Shown here piece by piece: positions 1 to 9,275 of a stretch of DNA of 64,000 nt. Location of the stretch: NCBI GenBank assembly GCA_963695855.1, contig CAVOHZ010000010.1, positions 640,001-704,000 on the forward strand, read 5' to 3'. A program made the translations under genes and the position numbers. How positions within the stretch are numbered: the stretch's first letter is position 1; each line of letters begins with the position of its first letter. This stretch comes from an uncultured Nitrososphaerales archaeon (lineage in GTDB: Archaea; Thermoproteota; Nitrososphaeria; Nitrososphaerales; Nitrososphaeraceae). The notes under the pieces are model-generated. The model worked only from the letters and a program-made list of their open reading frames with translations, ran no database searches and was not told where the DNA came from.

Positions 1-624
1 GTAAATCTTTCCATCATCATTTATTAAATCCATTTCAAAACTGTTTTTTAAGTTCACCAAAAAAGAATAAGGAAAGGTTACCAATCCTTTTGCTAGCCAG
101 GTTTGAATTAATTTAATAGAGTTTCTATAATAGTCATTTGTTTTTATTTTGATATTTTCTTGATAATTCTTTAGATTTCTGGAGTATTCCTTTTCCATTA
201 CCTGAAATGAATTCATCAGATAATCTTTTGTGTCGAAAAAAATTTTACCTTCATTCGATTTCTCATTTAATGTTTGTAATACTTTCAAATGATGTGTGGA
301 ATAGAAATTATAAATAGATGATTCCATGGCCTTAGTAAAATCTGTAAATCTATTGTGTAAATCTTTCTGAAAGTTGTATGTATCTTCAATATGCTGATCT
401 AATTTTATAATTTTATCATGAATAACAAATATGTTATTAGAGATAGATATATAATCATTTAAAATGTTAATAAAATTTCTGTTTTCTTCAAATTCAGAAT
501 AATCACCATACAAATATCTACCTGTTGAGGATTCAGTCAAATCTGCATTAATGTTAGTAATATTAGTTTCTAGAATATTAGTATTTCCTTCTTTTTCAGA
601 AATATTTTCTTGATTAATATTCAT
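1..624 (-). CDS. Hypothetical protein, N-terminal part (runs off left edge)
   Basis: Open frame from ATG at 624 (MNINQENISEK...RYLYGDYSEFEENRNF...) with no stop down to position 1; absent from ORF track because incomplete. Confidence 0.75.
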   Translation of the reverse strand, partial: MNINQENISEKEGNTNILETNITNINADLTESSTGRYLYGDYSEFEENRNFINILNDYISISNNIFVIHDKIIKLDQHIEDTYNFQKDLHNRFTDFTKAMESSIYNFYSTHHLKVLQTLNEKSNEGKIFFDTKDYLMNSFQVMEKEYSRNLKNYQENIKIKTNDYYRNSIKLIQTWLAKGLVTFPYSFLVNLKNSFEMDLINDDGKIY

Positions 625-839
625 ATTGTGTATTAGTTATATGAGGTTTAAATTGCTTATTAGTAAATTTATTTCAACAAATAATTAATGCAAATTAATA
701 CTTTTATATTAATCATTTTCTTTTTTTATAGATGTCACTAGGTTTATCGTTTTTTGCAAATCGATATATTGAATTTCATGACTGTTAGATTGTCTTCCTA
801 CAATAAATTAAAATTGAGATGTATTAATTTTTAATTAAA

Positions 840-930
840 GGGCTCGTAGCGCAGACTTTCATAGGCGTAAAATGGATAGCGCGGACGCCTCCTAAGCGTC
901 AGGTCGAGGGTTCAAATCCCTCCGGGCCCG
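840..930 (+). tRNA. tRNA-Arg(CCT) with 16-nt intron at position 15/16 (855-870)
   Basis: Acceptor GGGCTCG/CGGGCCC, anticodon arm GACGC-CT-CCT-AA-GCGTC, T arm GAGGG-TTCAAAT-CCCTC; extra 16 nt in D-loop form a bulge-helix-bulge; spliced length 75 nt. Confidence 0.93.
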
Positions 931-1100
931 AACCAAATTTATACACTTGTATACGGTGAAGATGATGATTGTAATTCTCCTAGTATTTCTGCTAATGGGT
1001 CTGGTAAGTGATCTTTTAACCCTAATTCATTTGAACTTTCAAGGAGAGGGTTGGCTATATCATTTGATTTTATTTGTCCTTCTTCTTCTTGTCGTTGTTA

Positions 1101-1313
1101 CTAAAATATTTTTTCCCATTTTTTATTTACAGCTTGAAAATCTTTACTGAGTTTCTCAAGTTTAGACTTATCATCATCTACTTGTGCTACCGCTTTGAAC
1201 GCAAAGGAGTTATTTATGTGAATAAATAAATCAAAAGAGAAAGCAGAACTTATTAAAATAAACATAAACATACATAATGAAGATAAAATAAATAAACTCA
1301 GATTGTTTTCCAA
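1101..1313 (-). pseudogene. Probable fragment of a secreted protein (signal-peptide-like N-terminus)
   Basis: Hydrophobic N-terminus followed by AFKAVAQ; short, lies in decayed island. Confidence 0.35.
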
Positions 1314-2312
1314 ATTTTATACTTGCACTAAATAAAATAATAATAAAGTTATTATGTTCAAATAAACAAATCAGATAAATCATATAATTTTTTAGTTCTA
1401 TTTTACAGTATCTTAAAATTAAATATTAACAAGAAAGCTTGCTCAGAATGATGCTCTGAATATTGATTGGAATATAAAGATCGCTTAATTTTCAAATTGT
1501 TACTGTCAGCTCTTTTACTTTATTATGGAGCTCTTGGATTGGTTCATTTTCTTATGAATTTATCTCAAATGAATTCCCATTAAGTTTTCTAAATAGTGAT
1601 TATACAAATTTGCGTGCACCTAATCTTTTTGTATCATAGGACATATAAAACGTGTCACACTCTGAAAAGTTTTTGTGCCCAGACGGACATTATTTTTTTA
1701 TTATTTTATCTGATAATGAACTAAAATGCTATAAATCAATGGATTCTATAAAATTAAAATGTTGAATTTATGGAAATGAGTATTATTTTTTATCAGTCTC
1801 TGGAGGTAAATTTTCTTTCAGCATGTAACAGTTTTAGTGTGACAATGTCACACATAGAATAAAGTTTAAACGCAGAGAGAAGGATATTTTTAGTTTACAC
1901 CGTCAATGTGTTAATTTATTCTTTTTTCTAGAGTGTCGAAAGCTAATAATTACTTTGATCTGTAATACCATTCAAACTGTGTATCAAATAGGCTTACAAA
2001 TAAAATCAATGCCTCAACCTAAGTTTACCAAAATTTTGATATTATAACAGTATTTCTAATACGTTTACATAAAGTATATTAGAAACAGAACCCGCTCGAT
2101 TTGTCCTAGCTACCACTTTAATAATTCTTGTATAAGACCATAATTATTGAACTTCAACATATGATAGTCATTACATAATAAAGCAATATTACAGAAGTAG
2201 GTCCTATACCAAATACCATAAACTTGGAAGATATGAGAGAGAATACAAACAAACTACTTTAACTCTTGTCATTTCATCCTGCTTTAGCAAAATGATTCAT
2301 AACCTTCTATCA

Positions 2313-2591
2313 TCAAGTTAAACAATCAAACTCTGATACTTCTATACCCAGTTCCCTTTGTAATTTTTGTATTACTTTTGCATAATACTCTTCTCTATCA
2401 TATTCAAATTTGTCTTTGGCTATCCAATATCCTACCCATGCTTTATGTAGAGCACCCCATGTCTGGTTTTCATAATATCCTGATGGAAGGATATTGTGAT
2501 ATCTGTATCCGTACTTGAAGCCCTTATACGGGTCCCACTTTTTTAGCTTTAAGAATTTGTCGAAACTGTAACGATATTTATGAGATCTCAT
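2313..2591 (-). CDS. Hypothetical protein (92 aa)
   Basis: Intact ATG ORF; C-terminal WGALHKAWVGYWIAK...YYAKVIQKLQRELG resembles a small thaumarchaeal protein family (recalled, not searched). Confidence 0.65.
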   Translation of the reverse strand: MRSHKYRYSFDKFLKLKKWDPYKGFKYGYRYHNILPSGYYENQTWGALHKAWVGYWIAKDKFEYDREEYYAKVIQKLQRELGIEVSEFDCLT

Positions 2592-2852
2592 CCATTAATT
2601 TATCTTCACGAAATTATTTAAAAGAATTCATTTCTTTCAACAAATGATATTTCTATCGATATAATTTTTTATAATCATGTGGTTTGATATTTCTCAAAAT
2701 AATCATTACTAAAAAATTTTCGTAGAAGAAATTTCTGTTATTAGTTCCTCATGGAATTTTTTTATTTTTAAATTTTTCCCAACAAATAATATTCTGAAAA
2801 ATGTATCGACAATTAGGCACTATCGAAATATTGTAATAATCAAACATTGTTA

Positions 2853-2885
2853 TCCATGGTGTCCACAGTGTCCACGGTGTCCACA
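2853..2885. repeat. Tandem 9-bp repeat TCCA(C/T)(A/G)GTG, about 3.7 copies
   Basis: tccatggtg tccacagtg tccacggtg tccaca. Confidence 0.85.
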
Positions 2886-3068
2886 TCTTAACTGTCTGAA
2901 AAAATAAAATTTTTATCTCTTCTTGACCTTTACAATTGTAAAGGTTTTTCATAAATTTCGATTAAAAAATCTCAGACTGAATATAGATATGGCCAGTGTG
3001 GCAAGTGTGAACAGCAAGAAATGACTAAGATAGTTAAATTATCTATATACGAGGTCGCTAGTTAGTAA

Positions 3069-3260
3069 TTGGGAAAATTCAGGCATAAACAAAACGAGAT
3101 TTTAACGGTATTAGTAACCGATTGTGTTAACTATGGTTTTACAGAGAAAGAAGCAGTATCTTATATCAAAACAAGGTTAGGAGGTAAAGAGACATCACCA
3201 GAAACATAATATCTTCGTAAGAAAAATATTGACTCTGGAAATTATTTAAATGAGAATGGA
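3069..3260 (+). pseudogene. Remnant of MGE hypothetical gene, copy 1
   Basis: LGKFRHKQNEILTVLVTDCVNYGFTEKEAVSYIKTRLGG...SPET*YLRKKNIDSG; internal stop; homologous to 3519-3805. Confidence 0.65.
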
Positions 3261-3518
3261 GGAAAAGATATGGCGGTTGCAATATATAAAATTGTTAATT
3301 TTAGTTAGTGTGTTAGTATGGAAGGAAAAAGAGCAAAATAACAAAAGTAATTGCAGCAAGTGTTGATAAAATTACAAGAGTAGTTGACTTCATAATATTA
3401 TATTATACATTGTATTATTTTTGTTTTTTTATATTAAAGTTTTTGTATGATGATGACGAATAAGAATTACAGAGAGAAGAGAGTAAAAGAGTCTATACAT
3501 TTGATGAATAGGTAGTAA

Positions 3519-3805
3519 GTGGAAAATTTTACAGATAAAGAAAATCAGGTATTAATGCCGTTAGTTGCACATTTTGTTAATTATGGATTTACAGAGAAAG
3601 AAGTATAGCATACATCAAGGCAAGACTAGGCAGGGATCTTTCTCCGAATGCTTACTATATGCACAAAAGGAAAGTAGATGGCGGCCACTATGGAAAAGAA
3701 TGGTTAAACTATTTTACCCTTATTGGTTTTGTTGTAAAGCATAAACAGATAATTGAGATTGTGGGAATGCTCAACAAGGATAGTATAAGAGACTATCTCA
3801 TATAA
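3519..3805 (+). pseudogene. Remnant of MGE hypothetical gene, copy 2
   Basis: VENFTDKENQVLMPLVAHFVNYGFTEKEV(frameshift)AYIKARLGRDLSPNAYYMHKRKVDGG...WLNYFTLIGFVVKHKQ. Confidence 0.65.
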
Positions 3806-4074
3806 CAGGCAAAACTTGGCTGTTCATGGAATTTACAAAAATTAGTGTATTCACCATATACGTCGTTCTTTGTCTCGTATTCGTCCGGGTCCTCTGTTCT
3901 CATTATGGCGTCGTCCAAAAATGCGCCAATTCCTATTTCTCATTCTTTCTTTGCAAGTATTACAATTATAGCAACTCATATAATTAAAATATAAGTTTCT
4001 AATATTAAAAGCTAAATATATGTTAGTTCTATCTCGCTAATCGACTCTTATTTTTGTACCGCTATCGGTGTTAC

Positions 4075-4090
4075 TCCCTCCGGGGCCCGA
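4075..4090 (+). repeat. attR-like degenerate copy of tRNA-Arg 3' end
   Basis: Matches 917-931 with one extra G; GC-rich in an otherwise AT-rich region. Confidence 0.75.
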
Positions 4091-4456
4091 TTGTATCAGT
4101 CTTCAAATAAAAGTTATTTAATAGGAAAGATGTCTATTACTCTAGTGATATTGTTAGTCTCACGTCTTGCTGCCATACCCAATAGCGACGAAGAAAGCGA
4201 AACCTTATTTTCCCACCTATCTTCTGTTCAGCATGCTTTAGATTGAGCAGACTATTGATATATTGCAATACCTAACAGAATTTTGATTATTCTCATTCCA
4301 ACTAATAGACTAAAATTTTTTTTATTTTTAAGATATTTAGACTAATTAATATTCGTATAATCTTGTTATCACGCCAGATTGTGCAGATTTTTATCTCACT
4401 CAAATTAACTATGAATCAAGTGATAAAAATTGGTAGAACTAGAAAATAATAAATAT

Positions 4457-4894
4457 TTATTCAGGACAAAGCCAACCGATAACATTTAATATATTTTCAC
4501 TTGTAATTGATATTTTAATTGGTCCCAATGGCGATTCTTCCTCATTATCAACTAAGACTATTATCCCTTGGGTAGCTGCCTGTTTATTAATATAAAACCA
4601 AGTTACGTTTTCTTGTAGATGAGATAACAATAATCTTCGAAGTACCGATGTAACTAATCTATTTCTGACTTGTTCGTATATGGAATTTAGAACTTTATAG
4701 TTATTGGATTTTCCTATTACCAAATTGTTTCCATATTTCCTATACTCAATGCCAACTTCACCAGTTATTAAATTAATGACATCCAACACTTTAGAAGGAT
4801 CTTCTGTTGCATTTATTGAAGATGAAATCTGTATTTCTAATTTGAGATTGGAGGGAAATTTGCTTATCTTTTCAGATGACGGCATTTTTAACAT
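4457..4894 (-). CDS. UPF0201/DUF54 family putative RNA-binding protein
   Basis: INATEDPSKV, YINKQAA..G, EESPLGPI motifs; overlaps upstream kinase gene as usual in archaea. Confidence 0.85.
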   Translation of the reverse strand: MLKMPSSEKISKFPSNLKLEIQISSSINATEDPSKVLDVINLITGEVGIEYRKYGNNLVIGKSNNYKVLNSIYEQVRNRLVTSVLRRLLLSHLQENVTWFYINKQAATQGIIVLVDNEEESPLGPIKISITSENILNVIGWLCPE

Positions 4895-5463
4895 CTAATT
4901 GATAGTAACCAATTTCGCGATATTTGTTTTGCTTGTTCTTTTAATTGATGTAAGGAAATTTCATTATTTGAGATAATTTCATCTGCAAACGCTATTGCCT
5001 CACTCAGTCCAACAGATAGCTCCCGTTTGTCTCTTATTAAACATTCTTGTAGAGTAGAGGGAGCATCACTTCTAGAACGATCTTTTAAGTGTCTGATTCT
5101 GGTGTCAATAGATCCATGAATTGATAGGATCTTCACTACACCTATTTTTTTTAACAAATCTATTTCATGAACGCTTCTTATACCATCTATTACAAATTTG
5201 TAATGCAATTCATCATTGTATTTTTCCGATATCTGACTAATAATTAAAGTAGCAATAGCTCTCGGACCTAATTCCCTTCTTAATTTTAGCATAAGGTAGC
5301 CCAAATTTTCATCGGTAGGTTCCAATTTTCTTTTTTTTGCTTCCATTCTAACACAATCGCCCATATTTAGGAGAGTAAAACCCTCTTCCTCCAATGCTTT
5401 TGCTACCGTAGTTTTTCCAGCTCCTGGCATTCCAGTTAAACAAATGATAAATTTCCTTTTAAT
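4888..5463 (-). CDS. UPF0200 P-loop nucleotide kinase (dephospho-CoA kinase-like); probable ATT start
   Basis: IICLTGMPGAGKTT P-loop, VIDGIRS..E, RD.REL..G motifs; the track start (5430) lies inside the P-loop. Confidence 0.85.
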   Translation of the reverse strand: MKRKFIICLTGMPGAGKTTVAKALEEEGFTLLNMGDCVRMEAKKRKLEPTDENLGYLMLKLRRELGPRAIATLIISQISEKYNDELHYKFVIDGIRSVHEIDLLKKIGVVKILSIHGSIDTRIRHLKDRSRSDAPSTLQECLIRDKRELSVGLSEAIAFADEIISNNEISLHQLKEQAKQISRNWLLSIRC

Positions 5464-5549
5464 TTGATAGTCACCACAATTGATTAGAATAAAACCAGAT
5501 CTGTTATCAACGTTATGCTATAAATGGAAAAAAGTTTTTCAAAAATCAA

Positions 5550-5810
5550 TTGAGCAAATCATTTGTAGAGGTATTAAATACGGATAATATCAAGTTCCGG
5601 ATAATAATATTAAAGAAGAGATAGTCATTTTAGAATCCTAGTTATTCTTATGAAATCAGTTATCTCATATTTGGTTATGCCGCGATAGATATAAATGGTG
5701 TCGAATATTCAATTAGGCCTTTGAAAATAATTATGATCCCAAAAAATGTTTGGTACAAATTCGCTACTAAATGTCATTAGATAGTAGTATTATACGTTAA
5801 TGCCAAATAG
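5550..5810 (+). pseudogene. Cupin-domain pseudogene
   Basis: Single frame FVEVLNTDNIKFRIIIL...YEISYLIFGYAAIDINGVEYSIRPLKIIMIPKNVWYKF with three internal TAG (5622, 5631, 5778). Confidence 0.55.
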
Positions 5811-5932
5811 TGATACAAGAAAATTGAAATCATAGAATGACTGAATTTATATTATTCTCTACGTGATTTCTTGAATATTAACTAGAAATAAAAGAAAAAT
5901 ACAAATACTCAAACCTTCAATGTGTTTACATC

Positions 5933-6100
5933 ATGCCAATAACCGATGCCATAAAAAAGCAAATAGCCCAAAAAAGAAGATTATTTTATAAAATATGTTT
6001 TAAATGCGGTGGTAGAAATCCTATTTCATCTGGCAGATGTCGAAAATGCCATAGCCAACATATGAGATTAAAGAATAGAAATGTAGGAGCTAAAAAATAA
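5933..6100 (+). CDS. rpl40e: 50S ribosomal protein eL40 (55 aa)
   Basis: MPITDAIKKQIAQKRRLFYKICFKCGGRNPISSGRCRKCHSQHMRLK; C4 zinc motif; below ORF-track cutoff. Confidence 0.95.
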   Translation: MPITDAIKKQIAQKRRLFYKICFKCGGRNPISSGRCRKCHSQHMRLKNRNVGAKK

Positions 6101-6157
6101 ATAAGATTTACTAGTGACATTACTATTGGATACTAGATCGAATTATTAAACTATAAT

Positions 6158-6189
6158 TATACAGATCGAATGTTATACAGATCGAATGT
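6158..6189. repeat. 16-bp tandem duplication TATACAGATCGAATGT
   Basis: Two exact adjacent copies between convergent genes. Confidence 0.8.
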
Positions 6190-6209
6190 AAATAGGAAAT
6201 AAGAAAAAA

Positions 6210-7937
6210 CTACCAGTAATTCGCTTTTATTTTTTCTATTGCTCTTTCGTGGTCTGGACCTTGTTTTCTTGCAAACTTTTCCATAGATGACAAAGGAATA
6301 CCTCCTAATGTTTTAGCTAATCCCGAGAAGAAGGTGTTTTTAATTGGATTCTCACGTCCTACCTTTGACATGAACTTCTGAATTCCATGACTGAAATTAT
6401 GTTGCCATGTTTTATACATAACTCCAAGTTTCCCGGCATCCATTGTATTTCCAATATCAAAAAAATCTGATTTTTCAAGTAACCCAATAGGAACAAAAGT
6501 TAATGGTGTAACAGTAAACTTTGAGTCAGGTTGCTCTTGCTCTAGTTCGTGAATTAATCGAATGGTCTCCCAACTGTCATCCATAGTTTCATTATTATCT
6601 AGTCCCATTATGAGTGTAAAAGCAGGAATCCAATAATGCTCATTCAGAGTTTTTACCCCTTCTTTAACTACCCAATGCCATTCTGATGGTTTGAAAGGAG
6701 CTAATTTTCTATCCGCATATTTTCCAATTAACCTAATACTGCCAGTTTCAAATCCACATTGGATTCCGATGAAGTTATCTGGCCCAGACTTTATTATTCT
6801 GGAAATATTTGGGACCAGTCTCTCATCTGCAATCGCACCGGCCAAAGTTCCATGAGTTGGATTGGTGTGTTCAATTCCTGTATCCATAATTCCTTTGAAT
6901 AATTCCTCTATAGCTTCTCTATTTGGTTGCATGTTCTTCGTGGTTCTTGGATTTAATCCATACACGAAAATATCATCGCTTTGTATCCAAGCATTCTTCA
7001 AACCACCATATTTCATATTAATTTCGATTTCTTGTTGTACTTTTTCCACAGGATAATATCGAAGAGGACGTAAAGTAACATCACAAAATTTGCATCCCCT
7101 ACCACAGCCTCGCATCACTTCAATCATCCCATGCATACTAGGATGAACAATGTTAGGAATTTCATCAACAGAAGGTTCATCAGAATAATGGATAAATCTA
7201 CCATGATATTTTCTATCATTTTTTGAAAATTCTTTTATTTCAACCTTAAACTTGTTCCTTTTAAATGGGTTTGCTGTTTCTAAGTCTCCATTTATCAAAG
7301 CATCAAAAAAACTGCCACCTGCCCCATCTATTTCAGGGCCAATACCACCCAAATCGCCCTCTACTATTCCATATATCCCATATTCTTCGATCTTTGCTGG
7401 ATCATAATTATATTGCCAGGTTCCAGAAGCACCAATAACTACCTTCGCTTTACTTCCATTCTTAGCCTTGGCAGAATTTATTTTCATATGTAACTCTCTA
7501 TTATATAATTCGTCATAGGACATCATTGTTTTTCGACCAAATGTAAATGTCATCGTCACAGGCCCCATTCCAAGAGGATCCATTTCATAAGTACCTACTA
7601 CTTCTGTTTCTGGTCCAATAAATTTATCAATATGATCAGGATGTGCAACTACCACATCTTCAGGTTTGTATCCATCTCGAAGAAGAGACGCTTCAACTTT
7701 ACGTAGCCCATAAGGAGCATAGTTTGCGATTCCATTATTATGTCCTATTGGATTACAGATGAAATCAAATAATACTCTTGGAGTCACCTGATTTTTAAGA
7801 ATATAATACCAGAAAGAATCCTTCCTTCTACTATTATCTATAGCTGGGGCACAACCAAAAAATGAAGCTAAAGAGATTCCTCTATAAGGGGACATTAGCG
7901 TACGGTCCGCAGATAAAACTACTTTCGGATATTTCAT
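6210..7937 (-). CDS. Radical SAM protein with N-terminal B12-binding-like region, function unknown
   Basis: EVMRGCGRGCKFC (CxxxCxxC), APYGLRKVEA, GFETGS motifs. Confidence 0.88.
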   Translation of the reverse strand: MKYPKVVLSADRTLMSPYRGISLASFFGCAPAIDNSRRKDSFWYYILKNQVTPRVLFDFICNPIGHNNGIANYAPYGLRKVEASLLRDGYKPEDVVVAHPDHIDKFIGPETEVVGTYEMDPLGMGPVTMTFTFGRKTMMSYDELYNRELHMKINSAKAKNGSKAKVVIGASGTWQYNYDPAKIEEYGIYGIVEGDLGGIGPEIDGAGGSFFDALINGDLETANPFKRNKFKVEIKEFSKNDRKYHGRFIHYSDEPSVDEIPNIVHPSMHGMIEVMRGCGRGCKFCDVTLRPLRYYPVEKVQQEIEINMKYGGLKNAWIQSDDIFVYGLNPRTTKNMQPNREAIEELFKGIMDTGIEHTNPTHGTLAGAIADERLVPNISRIIKSGPDNFIGIQCGFETGSIRLIGKYADRKLAPFKPSEWHWVVKEGVKTLNEHYWIPAFTLIMGLDNNETMDDSWETIRLIHELEQEQPDSKFTVTPLTFVPIGLLEKSDFFDIGNTMDAGKLGVMYKTWQHNFSHGIQKFMSKVGRENPIKNTFFSGLAKTLGGIPLSSMEKFARKQGPDHERAIEKIKANYW

Positions 7938-8093
7938 TCTAAATCTTGATCCTAATTATAAAAGGTGAAAATTGCGTAGATTTTAACTTTTCCCAACGTT
8001 ACCGGTGATTTCTTAATGGAATTTTTATTTTGAGTAATTAATGATGTAAAAAGTGGAAGCAGGTATTAAATAGGATTATAATAAGTCTAGTTT

Positions 8094-8270
8094 ATGGAGA
8101 ATAAAGTTAATTGTAATATTTGCAATAAATTAATTGTAGAAAACAATTTAGAAGAACATGTTTCTTCTAAAGAACACATTAATAATAAAAATACTCTAAT
8201 AAAAGAACTAAATTTTAACAAAGATAATCAAGATTTTCTAGAATCATCAGTATCTAAATGGCAAAATTAA
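8094..8270 (+). CDS. Small C2H2-type zinc finger protein (58 aa)
   Basis: MENKVNCNICNKLIVENNLEEHVSSKEH... = C-x2-C-x11-H-x5-H; fills the intergenic gap. Confidence 0.7.
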   Translation: MENKVNCNICNKLIVENNLEEHVSSKEHINNKNTLIKELNFNKDNQDFLESSVSKWQN

Positions 8271-8280
8271 GTATGTAGGT

Positions 8281-9045
8281 TCATGCAAGCGATAACACTA
8301 AACTACAAGCGACAACTATCAATGCTATTGAGAAAATTTTTCTCAGCAAGTCTTCTTTGAAAGAATGAAGGTACTTTGACCCAACCTGCGCCCCCAAAAA
8401 AGATCCCGATGCCAATGCAATCCCCAAAAAATATTCGGGGTGCTCCAAGATAATATGAGTTCCCAGTCCGGTAGCTGAGCTTAACAATAATGTAAATTGA
8501 GAAGTAGGACTAGCATTTATCATTTTCATCTCAAAAATAATTACCAAAATTGGTACAAAAATTATACCTCCTCCTACACCAAAAAAACTTGAAATAATGC
8601 CAGCCGTAAATGTTCCGATTACAAATAGTGGGTAAAACATGTATTTAGGAATATGAAAATTAGCAGTATAGATCATTCTATCTTTAAATAATATATAGAT
8701 ACCAACTATTATCAGTAGAACCGCAAAATAGATCTTGAATGAATCTAACGACGCATCTTTTGATAAGAAGCTTCCTATTATTGATCCAGGGATCGCCGGT
8801 ATAGCTAATTTCAATCCCAAAGAATAGTTAATATATTTTTTTTTAATGTAGGTTATGGTTGATGATAAACTGGTTGCTGTCACCGCTAAAAGACTGGAAC
8901 TAGCAATAACATAAGGAGGAAATCCTAGAAACGCAAGAGCAGGGGTCATAATAATACCTCCTCCTACACCTATTAGCGCTCCTAAAAGACCAGCCCCAAA
9001 TCCAATGGTAATTAATAGAATAAAAATAAACTCCAACAAATTCAT
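8281..9045 (-). CDS. TauE/SafE family sulfite exporter
   Basis: Two GVGGG..P repeats, multiple TM helices. Confidence 0.9.
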   Translation of the reverse strand: MNLLEFIFILLITIGFGAGLLGALIGVGGGIIMTPALAFLGFPPYVIASSSLLAVTATSLSSTITYIKKKYINYSLGLKLAIPAIPGSIIGSFLSKDASLDSFKIYFAVLLIIVGIYILFKDRMIYTANFHIPKYMFYPLFVIGTFTAGIISSFFGVGGGIIFVPILVIIFEMKMINASPTSQFTLLLSSATGLGTHIILEHPEYFLGIALASGSFLGAQVGSKYLHSFKEDLLRKIFSIALIVVACSLVLSLA

Positions 9046-9275
9046 ACACTAATCCACAATATTTTTCAGTTTGGAAAGCATTGATAACAAAATATTCGTC
9101 AATTCCAAAATATTAAAATCATGTATGTTATTTAATTTTGTTGAAGGAAAAAATATAGTTTTCGATAATAAAACTCATGAGATCATTTTATGGTTAATAT
9201 AATTAGAATATTGTTAGATGATCGGATTATTATAAAATATAAGTATATTATAATTTAGAATAATACTATTCAGCA

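Larger units (their letters stand above)
917..4090. mobile_element. Decayed integrated element at the 3' end of tRNA-Arg
   Basis: tRNA 3' end TCCCTCCGGGCCCGA recurs as TCCCTCCGGGGCCCGA at 4075-4090; interval holds only short ORFs, gene fragments and short repeats. Confidence 0.7.

Noticed and set aside
947-1150. 67-aa hydrophobic + strand ORF
   Set aside because: Likely antisense shadow of the purine-rich minus-strand remnant
2749-2952. 67-aa ORF with WTP repeats
   Set aside because: Peptide repeat is explained by the 9-bp DNA repeat; no other coding support
5550-5810. Pyrrolysine/amber readthrough gene
   Set aside because: Metal ligands appear lost, many intact genes in the window end in TAG, and no pyl genes are visible
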